NCBI GenBank assembly: GCA_963754315.1
Contig: CAVWFS010000018.1
Span: 576,001-640,000 of the forward strand
DNA length: 64,000 nucleotides
Direction of reading: 5' to 3'
DNA from: an uncultured Candidatus Rokubacteria bacterium
GTDB lineage: Bacteria > Methylomirabilota > Methylomirabilia > Rokubacteriales > CSP1-6
The notes beneath the pieces were generated by a model. It was not told the DNA's origin and made no database searches. It saw nothing but the letters and a program-made list of their open reading frames with translations. This document shows, piece by piece, positions 48,702-58,089 of this stretch (position 1 is its first letter; each line of letters starts with the position of its first letter). A program made the translations under genes and the position numbers.

Positions 48702-49247
48702 GTGTCCGATAGCCACGGCCATCGCGTCCTCTCGCCGTCGACGATCCGCTTCTGCCCGCTCTGCGGAGCGCCCCTGGCCCGGGAGCCGGTACCGCCCGAT
48801 CATCGCGAACATGCGGTGTGCTCGGGCTGTCGCTTCGTGTTCTATCTGAACCCGAAGCTGGTCGGCGCCACCATCCCCGAGCAGGATGGGCAGGTACTGC
48901 TCACCCGCCGCTCCATCGATCCCGGCCGTGGTCTCTGGACCTACCCCGGGGGGTTTGTCGATTACGGCGAGACAGTAACCGACGCCGCCGTGCGCGAGAC
49001 GTTCGAGGAGACGGGCCTGAAGGTGGACCTCACGGGACTGTTGAATGTCTACACCTACCCCGGGGCTCCGGTCATCGTGGTCTACCGAGCCGCCGTCGTG
49101 GGAGGCGCCCTGACGACGTGCAACGAGAACGATCGCCTGGAGTGGCTGGCGCCCGAGGACATTCCCTGGCCGACATTGGCCTTTCAGTCCACCCGCGAGG
49201 CCCTTCGCGAATGGATGGGCACCCGGGGTCTCACCCCGGGTGGCTGA
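48702..49247 (+). CDS. NUDIX hydrolase with zinc ribbon
   Basis: FCPLCG...CSGC, PGGFVDYGETVTDAAVRETFEETG. Confidence 0.92.
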   Translation: MSDSHGHRVLSPSTIRFCPLCGAPLAREPVPPDHREHAVCSGCRFVFYLNPKLVGATIPEQDGQVLLTRRSIDPGRGLWTYPGGFVDYGETVTDAAVRETFEETGLKVDLTGLLNVYTYPGAPVIVVYRAAVVGGALTTCNENDRLEWLAPEDIPWPTLAFQSTREALREWMGTRGLTPGG

Positions 49248-49254
49248 GGAGCAC

Positions 49255-49986
49255 TTAGCCGGGGAAGAGCAGGAAGTGCAAGCCCATCAGGATCAGCAAC
49301 ACTTCGACAGCTCGTAGAAAGGTCCTCTCGCTCATGCGGTCAACGATTCGTCGTCCGCACCATGCCCCCACGAACATGACCGCGCCGAGGGTCAGACCCA
49401 GGAGGACCGTCTCCCGAGTGAGAAGGGCGAGCTTGGCCAAGCCGACCCCGCGGACCGCATGCATGGCGAGGGCGCCGGAGGCCTCGGTCGCTATGTAAGC
49501 ACCTCGTCGGAGACCATACGCCAGGAAAAACGGCGTGACGACGGGTCCGGTGGTTACGACGAGGGCTGACAGGACCCCGATCGCGGCTCCCAGCGGTCCA
49601 AAATGGACGAGGCGAACCCGGAAGTTGCGGGTCATGAGCAGGCGGCGCAGAGGTACTGCAGCCAGCAGGAAGACGCCGATGATCACGCTGAGTCGAGTGC
49701 TAGACGCTCCGGCGAAGAGGAGGACTCCGAGGGCGGTGCCAGGCACGGCTCCCATCAGGAAGCGCGACAGGACGGCCCAGTCGATGTCTCCGCGGCTCCA
49801 CCAGATCCGGGAGACGTTCCCGAGCAGCATGCTGATCGTGAGAATGGGCACCGCCGCGCGCACTCCCATGATTGCAGCGACCACGGGCAACAGGATCACG
49901 CCGGCGCCGAAGCCTGCTACGCCGGCCACCGTCGAGCCGACGAAGGCCGTGCCGGCAAGAATGATCCAGTGCAGGGGGTCGGGCAT
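49255..49986 (-). CDS. TauE/SafE (TSUP) family membrane protein
   Basis: GVAGFGAGVILLP and multi-TM duplicated architecture. Confidence 0.85.
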   Translation of the reverse strand: MPDPLHWIILAGTAFVGSTVAGVAGFGAGVILLPVVAAIMGVRAAVPILTISMLLGNVSRIWWSRGDIDWAVLSRFLMGAVPGTALGVLLFAGASSTRLSVIIGVFLLAAVPLRRLLMTRNFRVRLVHFGPLGAAIGVLSALVVTTGPVVTPFFLAYGLRRGAYIATEASGALAMHAVRGVGLAKLALLTRETVLLGLTLGAVMFVGAWCGRRIVDRMSERTFLRAVEVLLILMGLHFLLFPG

Positions 49987-50207
49987 GGAGTCCGTGCCAT
50001 CATACGCGGAATGCCGAGCGTCGAGATGGTCTCCTGGCCGTGCGAGACGGGACCGAGAGCCGCCTGCCCGGATCGCCGTGCCTGGCGAGCCATGCGGTGA
50101 GAAGGGCACGATGGTAGCGGCGGCGACGGCAGTGGCGCTTGGAGCGCTTCTGGGGATATTGCGAGGACGATGGGCGAAGTGTTAGCGTGCCCGTCAAGGA
50201 GGCTCAC

Positions 50208-51245
50208 ATGCCCTCTGTCCTGACTTCGAAGCGCCACCGCGTCGCCGACGTCGGCGACGCCATCGAGTTTTGCTTCCAGCAGGGATGGTCCGACGGGCTC
50301 CCGGTGATCCCCCCGACCGAGGATCGTGTTCGGACCATGCTGGAGGCCGCGCACCTCGACCCCAAGCAGGAGATCGGCTACGTCAGAGACCGGGCGGTGT
50401 CCATCTCCGCTGAGAAGGTTGCTGTCAATGCGGTCATGGCGGGCTGCAAGCCTGACTACATGCCGGTGGTGGTGGCGGCGGTGGAGGGCATCAGCGACCC
50501 GGCCTGGAGTTATCACGGCCCTGGCACGTCAACCGGGGGAGCCGCGGTGCTGATGATCGTCAACGGCCCCGTCGCGCGGGAGCTCGACATCAATGCCGGT
50601 GACAACCTCTTCGGGCCGGGCTGGCGCGCGAACCTCACCATCGGGCGCGCGGTGCGGCTGGTGATGCGCAACGTGTGCGGCTCGCGGCCGGGCACGCTCG
50701 ACCGCGGCACCCTTGGCCATCCCGGCAAGCTCTCCTACGTGATCGCCGAGAACGAGGCGGAGAGCCCGTGGCCGCCGCTTCACGTCGAGCGCGGGTTCCG
50801 GCCGGAACAGAGCACGGTCACCGTGATGGCCGCCGAGGCGCCGCATCAGTTCTACAACCAGCTCTCGCGCACGGCCGAGGGCGTCTTGACGACGTTGGCG
50901 GACGACATGCGCGTGTCCGGCAACGTGATGGGGCAGCCGTACTACTGCGTGGTGGTGGCCGGCGAGCACATGCGGACGATCGCCGGCGACGGGTGGAGCA
51001 AGGCGAACATTCGCACGTTTCTCTTCGACCACACCCAGAACTCGCTCGCCCACCTCAAGCGCACCGGTCGCATGGCGGGCGCGATCCAGGGGAGCGACGA
51101 AGCTACCATGCGGCCGCTGGTCGCCTCGTCGGACAGCATCCTCGTGGTCGCCGCCGGTGGACGGGCGGGGACCTTTTCGTGCTACATCCCGGGATGGGGG
51201 AGTGCCCGGAACTCACAGGCGGTAACGAAGGAGGTCAAGCGATGA
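50208..51245 (+). CDS. Uncharacterised partner of the UGSC protein
   Basis: GWSDGLPVIPPT, AVNAVMAGC, RANLTIGRA, LGHPGK, PPLHVERG. RBS AAGGAGG and ATGA overlap with the UGSC gene. Confidence 0.75.
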   Translation: MPSVLTSKRHRVADVGDAIEFCFQQGWSDGLPVIPPTEDRVRTMLEAAHLDPKQEIGYVRDRAVSISAEKVAVNAVMAGCKPDYMPVVVAAVEGISDPAWSYHGPGTSTGGAAVLMIVNGPVARELDINAGDNLFGPGWRANLTIGRAVRLVMRNVCGSRPGTLDRGTLGHPGKLSYVIAENEAESPWPPLHVERGFRPEQSTVTVMAAEAPHQFYNQLSRTAEGVLTTLADDMRVSGNVMGQPYYCVVVAGEHMRTIAGDGWSKANIRTFLFDHTQNSLAHLKRTGRMAGAIQGSDEATMRPLVASSDSILVVAAGGRAGTFSCYIPGWGSARNSQAVTKEVKR

Positions 51246-51772
51246 TCGAGCTACTGGATCCCACCACCGAGGCGGCCAGCCAACCGCTGGCCTACGCGCC
51301 CCGGCCCGAGGCGCTGGCCGGGAAGCGCGTGGCTCTGGTCGAGAACACCAAGTTCAACTCGGACAAGCTCCTGATCAAGATCGGCGACATTCTCAAGCGC
51401 GAGTACGGGGTGGCCGAAGCGACCTTGTATCACAAGAAGAACGCCAGCGTGCCGGCTCACGAGGAGATCATCGCCAGCATCACCAAGAGCTGCGATGTCA
51501 TGGTCGCCGGCGTCGGCGATTGAGGGTCGTGCTCGTCGGGCAGTGTGCTCGACGGAATCCTGCTGGAGAAGGCGCAAATCCCCTCGGCCTCGATCGTGAC
51601 TGACGTGTTCGAAGTGACCGGCCGCGCGATGGCCGAGCAATGGGGGATGCCGCACTATCGGTTCCTCTTGATGCCGCACCCGATCGCCAATCTCACCGAG
51701 CAGCAGCTTGACCAGCGCGCGCGTGAGATTGTCCCGGAGGTGGTAAAGCTCCTATTGCAGGGACAGCAGTAA
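51242..51772 (+). CDS. UGSC-family selenoprotein (TGA at 51521-51523)
   Basis: ...DVMVAGVGD-TGA-GSCSSGSVLDGILLEKAQIP... reads in frame to TAA at 51772. A SECIS-like hairpin follows the TGA. Confidence 0.9.
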
Positions 51773-51816
51773 CCTTCAGCCCTCCCTGGTGGTGTCGTAA
51801 CGGGCACCTGCAGACC

Positions 51817-52746
51817 GTGTGGGGCGCGCTCTTCCGCCGGGGGAGCGTGCCCCTCCGACGCGAGAGGGTCAACACCCCGGACGGGGACTTCGTCGACCTC
51901 GATTGGCTCGACGGTCCCCCCGCCACCCCCCTCGTGCTCATCCTGCATGGCCTCGAGGGTTCGGCGCGCTCATCCTACGCCATAGGGCTCCTGAGGCTGA
52001 TCCGCCAGCAAGGATGGCGAGGAGTCGTCATGCACTTTCGCTCGTGCAGCGGCGAGCTCAACCGCCAGCCGCGCTTCTATCACTCGGGCGAGACCGAAGA
52101 CCTGGCCCTCATCGTCGACCGCCTCGTGGTCCAGGAGCCGAGCATTCGGATTGGCGCCGTGGGTACATCGCTGGGCGGCAACGTTCTTCTCAAGTGGCTA
52201 GGCGAACGCGGGGAGGCGATACCACGGCAGCTGCGAGGCGCCGTCGGCGTCTCCGTGCCCTTCGATTTGACCGCTTGCGCGCGCCGCCTGGATCGTGGTG
52301 TGTGCCGTATCCTCTACACGCCCAACTTCCTGCGCACGATGCGGCGCAAGGTTCGCGACAAGGCCCGCCACTACCCTGACTTCGTCGATGTGCAGGCCGC
52401 CTGGCGTGCTCGCACCTTCGCGGAGTACGACCGGGTGGTGACGGCACCGCTCAACGGGTTTGCCGATGAGCTGGACTACTGGCGCCGGGCTAGCAGCGGG
52501 CCCTATCTTCCGGGTATCAGGAGGCCCACGCTCCTGATCAGCGCGCTCGATGACCCGCTCGTCCCCCAGGAGGTGCTTCCGGACCCCGCTCGGCTACCCT
52601 CACAGGTGACGGCGGAGTTCGTGCCGAACGGCGGTCATGCCGCCTTCCTCGAGGGAGCCTGGCCGTGGAAGTCGACCTCATGGGCAGAGCGCAGGGCCTT
52701 GACGTTCCTGAACACGGTGCTCGTCGGCGATCGAGGGATTTGCTAG
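51817..52746 (+). CDS. YheT-like alpha/beta hydrolase (coding likely extends to ~51769)
   Basis: NGHLQT upstream in frame, TPDGDFVDLDW, HGLEG, GTSLGG, DDPLV, GGHAAF. Confidence 0.88.
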   Translation: MWGALFRRGSVPLRRERVNTPDGDFVDLDWLDGPPATPLVLILHGLEGSARSSYAIGLLRLIRQQGWRGVVMHFRSCSGELNRQPRFYHSGETEDLALIVDRLVVQEPSIRIGAVGTSLGGNVLLKWLGERGEAIPRQLRGAVGVSVPFDLTACARRLDRGVCRILYTPNFLRTMRRKVRDKARHYPDFVDVQAAWRARTFAEYDRVVTAPLNGFADELDYWRRASSGPYLPGIRRPTLLISALDDPLVPQEVLPDPARLPSQVTAEFVPNGGHAAFLEGAWPWKSTSWAERRALTFLNTVLVGDRGIC

Positions 52747-52755
52747 CGTAGCGTC

Positions 52756-54045
52756 ATGCCGAGTGATCAGTTTGGCCTGCCCGTCACGACCGCCTCCCCG
52801 AGCGCGCTCCAAGCCTATGATCGTGCGGTCCACGGGCTGCTCGGCTGGGACGGGGCCACCCTGGACTTGTTCAACGGCGCGCTCGCCCTCGATCCGAGTC
52901 TCGCCGTGGCCCACGCTGGCGCGGCGGTCTGCCACTTCCTCGACGAGCGTTTCCCCGAGGCGCGGGCCAGCGCCGAGCACGCGCGGAGGGCGGTGACCGG
53001 AGCGACGCCGCGGGAGCGCGGCCACGTGGAGGCCATGGCCCAGCTCGTCGCCGGCCGCCCGGATCGGGCCGAGCAGGCTATGCGCGAGCACCTCGCCAGC
53101 TACCCGCGCGATCTCGCGGTCTTCCAGCGGCTGTACTACATCTGGTTCTGGCAGGGGCGATTTCCCGAGATGCTTGCCATGACGAGCCAACTCGCTCGGC
53201 ACTATCCCGGGAACTCTTTCATGCTGGGGCTGCACGCCTTTGCCCTCGAGGAGGCCCAGCGCATTCCTGAGGCCTTCGCGACCGCCGAGGTCGCCGTGGC
53301 TCGCAACCCGCGCGACGCGTGGGCCGTGCACGCCCTGGCTCATACCCTCTACGAGATGGGTGCTTCGCGGGCGGGCACGTCGCTGCTGCCGCCGGCCATT
53401 CATCCCTGTACGCACCTCGGCTGGTTTCGCAATCACCTGGTCTGGCACCTGGCCCTCATGCACTTCGCCACCGGCGACTACGGGAGGGCCAGCACGATGG
53501 CCCGGGCGGCCTTCGAGCGGCGTCCCTCGTCGGTTGCGGGAAACCTGCACGACTCTATCTCGCTCCTCTGGCGGCTGGAGCTATGCGCGGTCAACGTTGG
53601 CGAGCGCTGGCAGCCCTTCGCGGCCATTGCCCGCGATCGATTGGATCGTCAGGGCCTGCTCTTCCACGCGGCTCATCTGGCAATGGCCCTTGCCGGGGCC
53701 GGCGAGTGGGCGACCGCCGAGCGGCAACTCGACATGCTCCGCGAGCGGGCCCCAAAGGACCGCACGGGGCTGGTCGGCGCGGTCCTGATTCCGCTGGTGG
53801 AAGGGCTTCACGCGTTCGCGGCGGGAGACTACCGCTGCGTCATCGAGAGGCTCGAGCCGCTGCGCTCACGCATCGTGGAGCTCGGGGGCAGTCGTGCTCA
53901 GCGCGATGTCTTTCACGACACCCTCCTCGAGGCGTGCTTCCGCGCGGGCGACGCGGGTCGCGCCTGGCGGTGGCTGGCTGAGCGAGTGGCCCGGAGAGCC
54001 GACGCCTACTGGTTGACGCGCAAGGAGCGGTCCTGGGGAGTGTAG
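52756..54045 (+). CDS. TPR protein (TTC38-like)
   Basis: AFALEE, DAWAVHALAH, HLVWHLAL, SLLWRLEL, LGGSRAQRDVF. Confidence 0.8.
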   Translation: MPSDQFGLPVTTASPSALQAYDRAVHGLLGWDGATLDLFNGALALDPSLAVAHAGAAVCHFLDERFPEARASAEHARRAVTGATPRERGHVEAMAQLVAGRPDRAEQAMREHLASYPRDLAVFQRLYYIWFWQGRFPEMLAMTSQLARHYPGNSFMLGLHAFALEEAQRIPEAFATAEVAVARNPRDAWAVHALAHTLYEMGASRAGTSLLPPAIHPCTHLGWFRNHLVWHLALMHFATGDYGRASTMARAAFERRPSSVAGNLHDSISLLWRLELCAVNVGERWQPFAAIARDRLDRQGLLFHAAHLAMALAGAGEWATAERQLDMLRERAPKDRTGLVGAVLIPLVEGLHAFAAGDYRCVIERLEPLRSRIVELGGSRAQRDVFHDTLLEACFRAGDAGRAWRWLAERVARRADAYWLTRKERSWGV

Positions 54046-54056
54046 TCCGTCTGACC

Positions 54057-55481
54057 TTGGCGGCCCTTGGGCTCGTCGGGTCTAGCCTCGTGCTGGCGGC
54101 GACCCCAAACCTGGTCGAAGCGCCTCGAACCTTTCTCTTCTTCTTTGTCCTCATGTTCGCCGCGTACATCGCGGTTCTCTCCGCGCTGCCTCGACTCGGA
54201 CAGGGTAGAACCCTCGGCGTGCTGCTGGCGGTTGCCGTGGCCGCCCGCCTGGCCTGGCTGGTGGCGTCGCCGACGCTCTCCACAGATGCCTATCGCTATG
54301 TCTGGGATGCGCGAGTGGCCCGGGCGGGGATCAATCCGTACGCGTATGCAGCGACGGCTCCGGAGGTCGCGCACCTGCGCGATGCGACGATCTACCCGCG
54401 CTTGAACCACGCCACCTGGCGCACGATCTACCCGCCCGGCGCTCAGGCATTCTTCCGCGCCGTGTACGCCGTGGCTCCCGATAGCGTGCTGGCCATCAAG
54501 ATCGCGCTGGGGGCGGTCGAGCTTCTCGGCCTCGGCGTCCTCGTCGCGTTGCTGCGCGCGCTTGACCTGCCACGGAACCGGATCGTCGTGTACGCGTGGA
54601 ACCCACTGGTGCTCGTGGAGGTCTGGGGAAGCGCGCACCTGGATGCTCTCGTCGTGACCGGGGTGATCGCGATGGCCCTGGCCTTGGTGACCCGTCGCCC
54701 TGCCGTGGCGGCCGCGCTTCTCGGCTTGGCGACCCTGGTCAAGCTCTATCCGGTCATGCTGCTTCCCTTGCTTGCCCGCCTGGCTGGTGTGCGTGTGGTG
54801 GTCGTCTTCGTCCTCGTGGTTGCCCTCGGCTACGCGCCAGCCCTTGGCAGCGGCGTGCTCGCGCTCGGGTCGCTGCCGCGCTATCTGGAACAGGAGTACT
54901 TCAATCCTGGTCTGGCGCGCTCGGTGATCGACGCGCCGATGGTGTCCATGCTGGCCATGGCCGCGTGGATTGCTTGGGTAGTCTGGTGGCGGAGGCCGTC
55001 GACGTTCGTGGACGGTGCCGTGCCGCTCACGGGTGGCTTCGCGGTTCTCAGTCCCAACGTGTTTCCCTGGTATGTCTTGTGGGTCGTGCCCTTCCTGGCT
55101 GTGAAGCCTTCCCCCATGTGGATTGCCTTCACCGGGACGATCGCGTTCGCATATGCATTTTTCCTCTACCAGCCATGGGCGATCCCGATCTGGGCGCGCC
55201 TGCTGGAGGTCGCTCCTCTCGTCCTCGGAACCGGAGGGGCGATCGCTGCGCGCGTCTCGGTCCACTGGCGAGAGGGGAGTTCACAACGAGATGACATTCC
55301 GCGCGTGGCCGGTGCTACGATCGTTGGCGATCCCAAGGATGCCCGGCAGGGGAATGTAGCGGATGGAGTTGAACGTCGGGGTAGGGCTCACCAACGCCTG
55401 CGACTTGGCCTGCGCCCACTGCTACCGCGAGACCGAGCGGATCGATCAGCTGACCCTCGACGAAGTGCTGGGGATCTGTGA
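54057..55481 (+). CDS. GT-C-type multi-TM glycosyltransferase (GT87/DUF2029-like); recognisable part ends ~55260
   Basis: LSTDAYRYVWDARV...GINPY, TIYPP, YAWNPL, VKLYP, VFPWY. Confidence 0.8.
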   Translation: MAALGLVGSSLVLAATPNLVEAPRTFLFFFVLMFAAYIAVLSALPRLGQGRTLGVLLAVAVAARLAWLVASPTLSTDAYRYVWDARVARAGINPYAYAATAPEVAHLRDATIYPRLNHATWRTIYPPGAQAFFRAVYAVAPDSVLAIKIALGAVELLGLGVLVALLRALDLPRNRIVVYAWNPLVLVEVWGSAHLDALVVTGVIAMALALVTRRPAVAAALLGLATLVKLYPVMLLPLLARLAGVRVVVVFVLVVALGYAPALGSGVLALGSLPRYLEQEYFNPGLARSVIDAPMVSMLAMAAWIAWVVWWRRPSTFVDGAVPLTGGFAVLSPNVFPWYVLWVVPFLAVKPSPMWIAFTGTIAFAYAFFLYQPWAIPIWARLLEVAPLVLGTGGAIAARVSVHWREGSSQRDDIPRVAGATIVGDPKDARQGNVADGVERRGRAHQRLRLGLRPLLPRDRADRSADPRRSAGDL

Positions 55482-56370
55482 CTGTATTCCCGTCCGTTCC
55501 CTCAACCTCGGTACCGGCGAGAACGGCCTGCATCAGGACTACGAGGCTATCGTGGCGGCCCTGGCCCAGCGCGGCGTGAGGCTTTCGCTCACCTCCAACG
55601 GCTACACCATCGACCGCTCGACGGACGAGACCCTGCGATCGTTCCGCGAGGTGGAGGTGTCGATCGACTTTCCCACCGAGGCCGAACAGGATGCCTTCCG
55701 CGGGGTGGGGAACTGGCGCCGGGTCATGGCTGCCATCGAGCGCGCCCGCCGGCTGGGCGTGACCGTCACCGTCCTCTCCGTGATGATGAAGCCCAACTAT
55801 CGACGGCTGGCCGAGATCGCCGCCATCGCCTTCAGCGCCGGAGCCAACTACCGGGTCAACGTGTACCAGCCCGTCAAGACGGACCGCTTCACCTTGAGCT
55901 ACGACGAATACTGGGAAGGGTTCCGCCGCCTCCTCGCCGCCACGCGCCTGGCCAGCACCACGGAGCCGATCCTCAATGCCATGCTCGGGGCTCCCTTCCC
56001 AAACGGGTCGGGCTGCGGCCGGCACACCGTGCGGGTGACGCCGACCGGAGATATCATCCCGTGCGTCTACTGGGGTTCCTCCGACGTTCGTCTCGCGGAC
56101 CTCGAGCGCCTCGGGGCGACCGGTGTCCTCGACTCTGCCGAGTTCGTACGGGCGCGTACCCTGCCCGACGCCTGTCGGAGTTGCCCGTTCATGGCCACGT
56201 GTCGGGGTGGCTGCGCGGGCCGGCGCGCACTCGCCGGCGCGCTCTCGGAACCCGACCCGTACTGCCCTCTCGTCCGAGGTGATCGAGTCGAACTGCAATG
56301 GGCACCCGCCGAGGCAAGGGATCTCTTGAAGATAGGCAGCGCTTGCACGACGGTCCTGGCTCCCCGCTAG
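55363..56370 (+). CDS. Radical SAM protein with full SPASM domain
   Basis: CDLACAHC, then GCG...GDIIPC...CRSCPFMATCRGGC...DPYC. Confidence 0.92.
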   Translation: MELNVGVGLTNACDLACAHCYRETERIDQLTLDEVLGICDCIPVRSLNLGTGENGLHQDYEAIVAALAQRGVRLSLTSNGYTIDRSTDETLRSFREVEVSIDFPTEAEQDAFRGVGNWRRVMAAIERARRLGVTVTVLSVMMKPNYRRLAEIAAIAFSAGANYRVNVYQPVKTDRFTLSYDEYWEGFRRLLAATRLASTTEPILNAMLGAPFPNGSGCGRHTVRVTPTGDIIPCVYWGSSDVRLADLERLGATGVLDSAEFVRARTLPDACRSCPFMATCRGGCAGRRALAGALSEPDPYCPLVRGDRVELQWAPAEARDLLKIGSACTTVLAPR

Positions 56371-56385
56371 GTGTGGAGCCCGATC

Positions 56386-57063
56386 GTGAGAGCGACGCTC
56401 ATCATCCCGGCCCTTGACGAAGCCGAGGTGATCGGGGCTCTCGTCGCACGAGTGCCTCGTGACATCGTGGACGAGGTCATCGTGGTCGACAACGGTTCGA
56501 GCGACGCCACCGCCCGCGAGGCTACGCAGGCGGGAGCGCGCGTGGTGAGCGAGCCTCGCCGCGGCTATGGCTCGGCCTGCTGGGCGGGGGTGTGTGCCCT
56601 CGGCGCCGGCACCGAGGTGGCCGTCTTCCTGGACGGGGATGGAAGCCAGCGCCCCGAGGAAATCCCCCGGGTCCTCGGCCCCATCGCGGACGGTCGGGCC
56701 GACTTCGTGCTCGGAGCCCGGGTGTTCGCGGGTCACCATCCATGGCATGCCACCCTGGGCACGCGCTTGGTGGCGGCCTTCGTGACCTGGCGGTTTGGTA
56801 TTCGTCTGAGCGATATCGGTCCGCTGCGCGCCATCCGCGTGAGTCTCCTGCGCGCGCTCGGCATGCGTGACCGGGCCTTCGGCTGGCCGGTGGAAATGGT
56901 GGTGAAGGCGGCCGCCCATCGGGCGCGCGTCACGGAGATTTCGGTGACGCATCGACCGAGGCTGGGCGGACGATCGAAGGTAGCGGGAACCTTCGGCGGG
57001 AGCGTCCGGGCCGGCTGGGCGTTCATGACGGTCGCGCTGCGCGCGACCCGCGAAGTCTCATGA
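56386..57063 (+). CDS. GT2 glycosyltransferase (polyprenol-phosphate sugar synthase-like)
   Basis: IIPALDE, VVDNGSSD, GYGSA, FLDGDGS. Confidence 0.9.
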   Translation: MRATLIIPALDEAEVIGALVARVPRDIVDEVIVVDNGSSDATAREATQAGARVVSEPRRGYGSACWAGVCALGAGTEVAVFLDGDGSQRPEEIPRVLGPIADGRADFVLGARVFAGHHPWHATLGTRLVAAFVTWRFGIRLSDIGPLRAIRVSLLRALGMRDRAFGWPVEMVVKAAAHRARVTEISVTHRPRLGGRSKVAGTFGGSVRAGWAFMTVALRATREVS

Positions 57064-58055
57064 CCAACCTCACCTTGCGGCCGCCGTTGCCCCGCTCGCT
57101 CTACCTGGAAACGACGAGCCGCTGCAATTCCCTGTGCGAGACCTGCATTCTCACCTTCGGAGGCCGAGAGCCCGCCAAGGACCTCGCGTGGGAGGAGTTC
57201 CGCGCGGTGGTCGACCAGTTTCCCGCGCTGGACCGCGTGCTCCTGCACGGGATCGGCGAGCCATTGCTCAATCGCCACCTCGCCCCGATGGTCGCCCATC
57301 TCAAGCGACGTGATGCGCAGGTCATCTTCAACACCAACGCCATCACGCTCGACGGCCGCATCGCCGACGCGCTCATCGAAGCACGCCTCGACGAGCTGAG
57401 AGTCTCGCTCGACGCCAGTACCCGGTCGACGTACGCCAGAGTGCGAGGCGTCGACGCCTTCGAGAAGGTCGTCGCCAACCTCGAGCGTTTCGCGACCCTC
57501 CGACGCGAGCGCGGGGTGAGCAAGCCCGCCGTCTCCCTGTGGTTCACCGCGCTGCAGGAGAACATCGAGGAGATCCCGGGACTGGTGCTGCTCGCCGAGC
57601 GCACGGGGGCGGATGCCATTCACCTGCAACGGCTCGTGTACAACGGACTCGGGCTGGCGCGGGCCGACCAGTCCCTCTACGGGCGGCTCGAGGCGCGTCA
57701 GCGCGAGTTGTTGCAGTGGACGGCAGACGCGGCGTGCACGGCGCGCATTCGCTTCTCCGCCTCCGGGGCCACGGCACCTGAGGTGAGCCTGGCTCCCGCC
57801 GATGACGCGAGTCCGTGGAGCGCTTGCCGCCGCCCGTGGGCCTTGGTCTATGTCACGGTCCATGGCAACGTTCTGCCCTGCTGTATCGCCCCGTGGATCA
57901 CCGGGCACTACGAGGGGATCATTCTCGGCAATCTGTTTCGTCAGTCGCTGAAGGACGTCTGGTGGGGCGAGCGGTACCAGGTCTTCCGAGAGCACATCCA
58001 GACGCCGACACCGCCGGAGCCATGCCGGGGCTGTGGCGTGAAGTGGAGCCTGTGA
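57060..58055 (+). CDS. Radical SAM protein with Twitch-type auxiliary cluster domain
   Basis: CNSLCETC, GIGEPLL, NTNA, VSLDA, then CRRPW...GNVLPCC...CRGC. Confidence 0.92.
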   Translation: MTNLTLRPPLPRSLYLETTSRCNSLCETCILTFGGREPAKDLAWEEFRAVVDQFPALDRVLLHGIGEPLLNRHLAPMVAHLKRRDAQVIFNTNAITLDGRIADALIEARLDELRVSLDASTRSTYARVRGVDAFEKVVANLERFATLRRERGVSKPAVSLWFTALQENIEEIPGLVLLAERTGADAIHLQRLVYNGLGLARADQSLYGRLEARQRELLQWTADAACTARIRFSASGATAPEVSLAPADDASPWSACRRPWALVYVTVHGNVLPCCIAPWITGHYEGIILGNLFRQSLKDVWWGERYQVFREHIQTPTPPEPCRGCGVKWSL

Positions 58056-58089
58056 TCATGGGGGGTGACCCTCGGCGTGTGGGCAGCGC

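Noticed and set aside
55260..55481. GT ORF tail overlapping the radical SAM gene by 119 bp
   Set aside because: The tail does not resemble the family and is probably stop-codon run-through, not a real dual-coding region.
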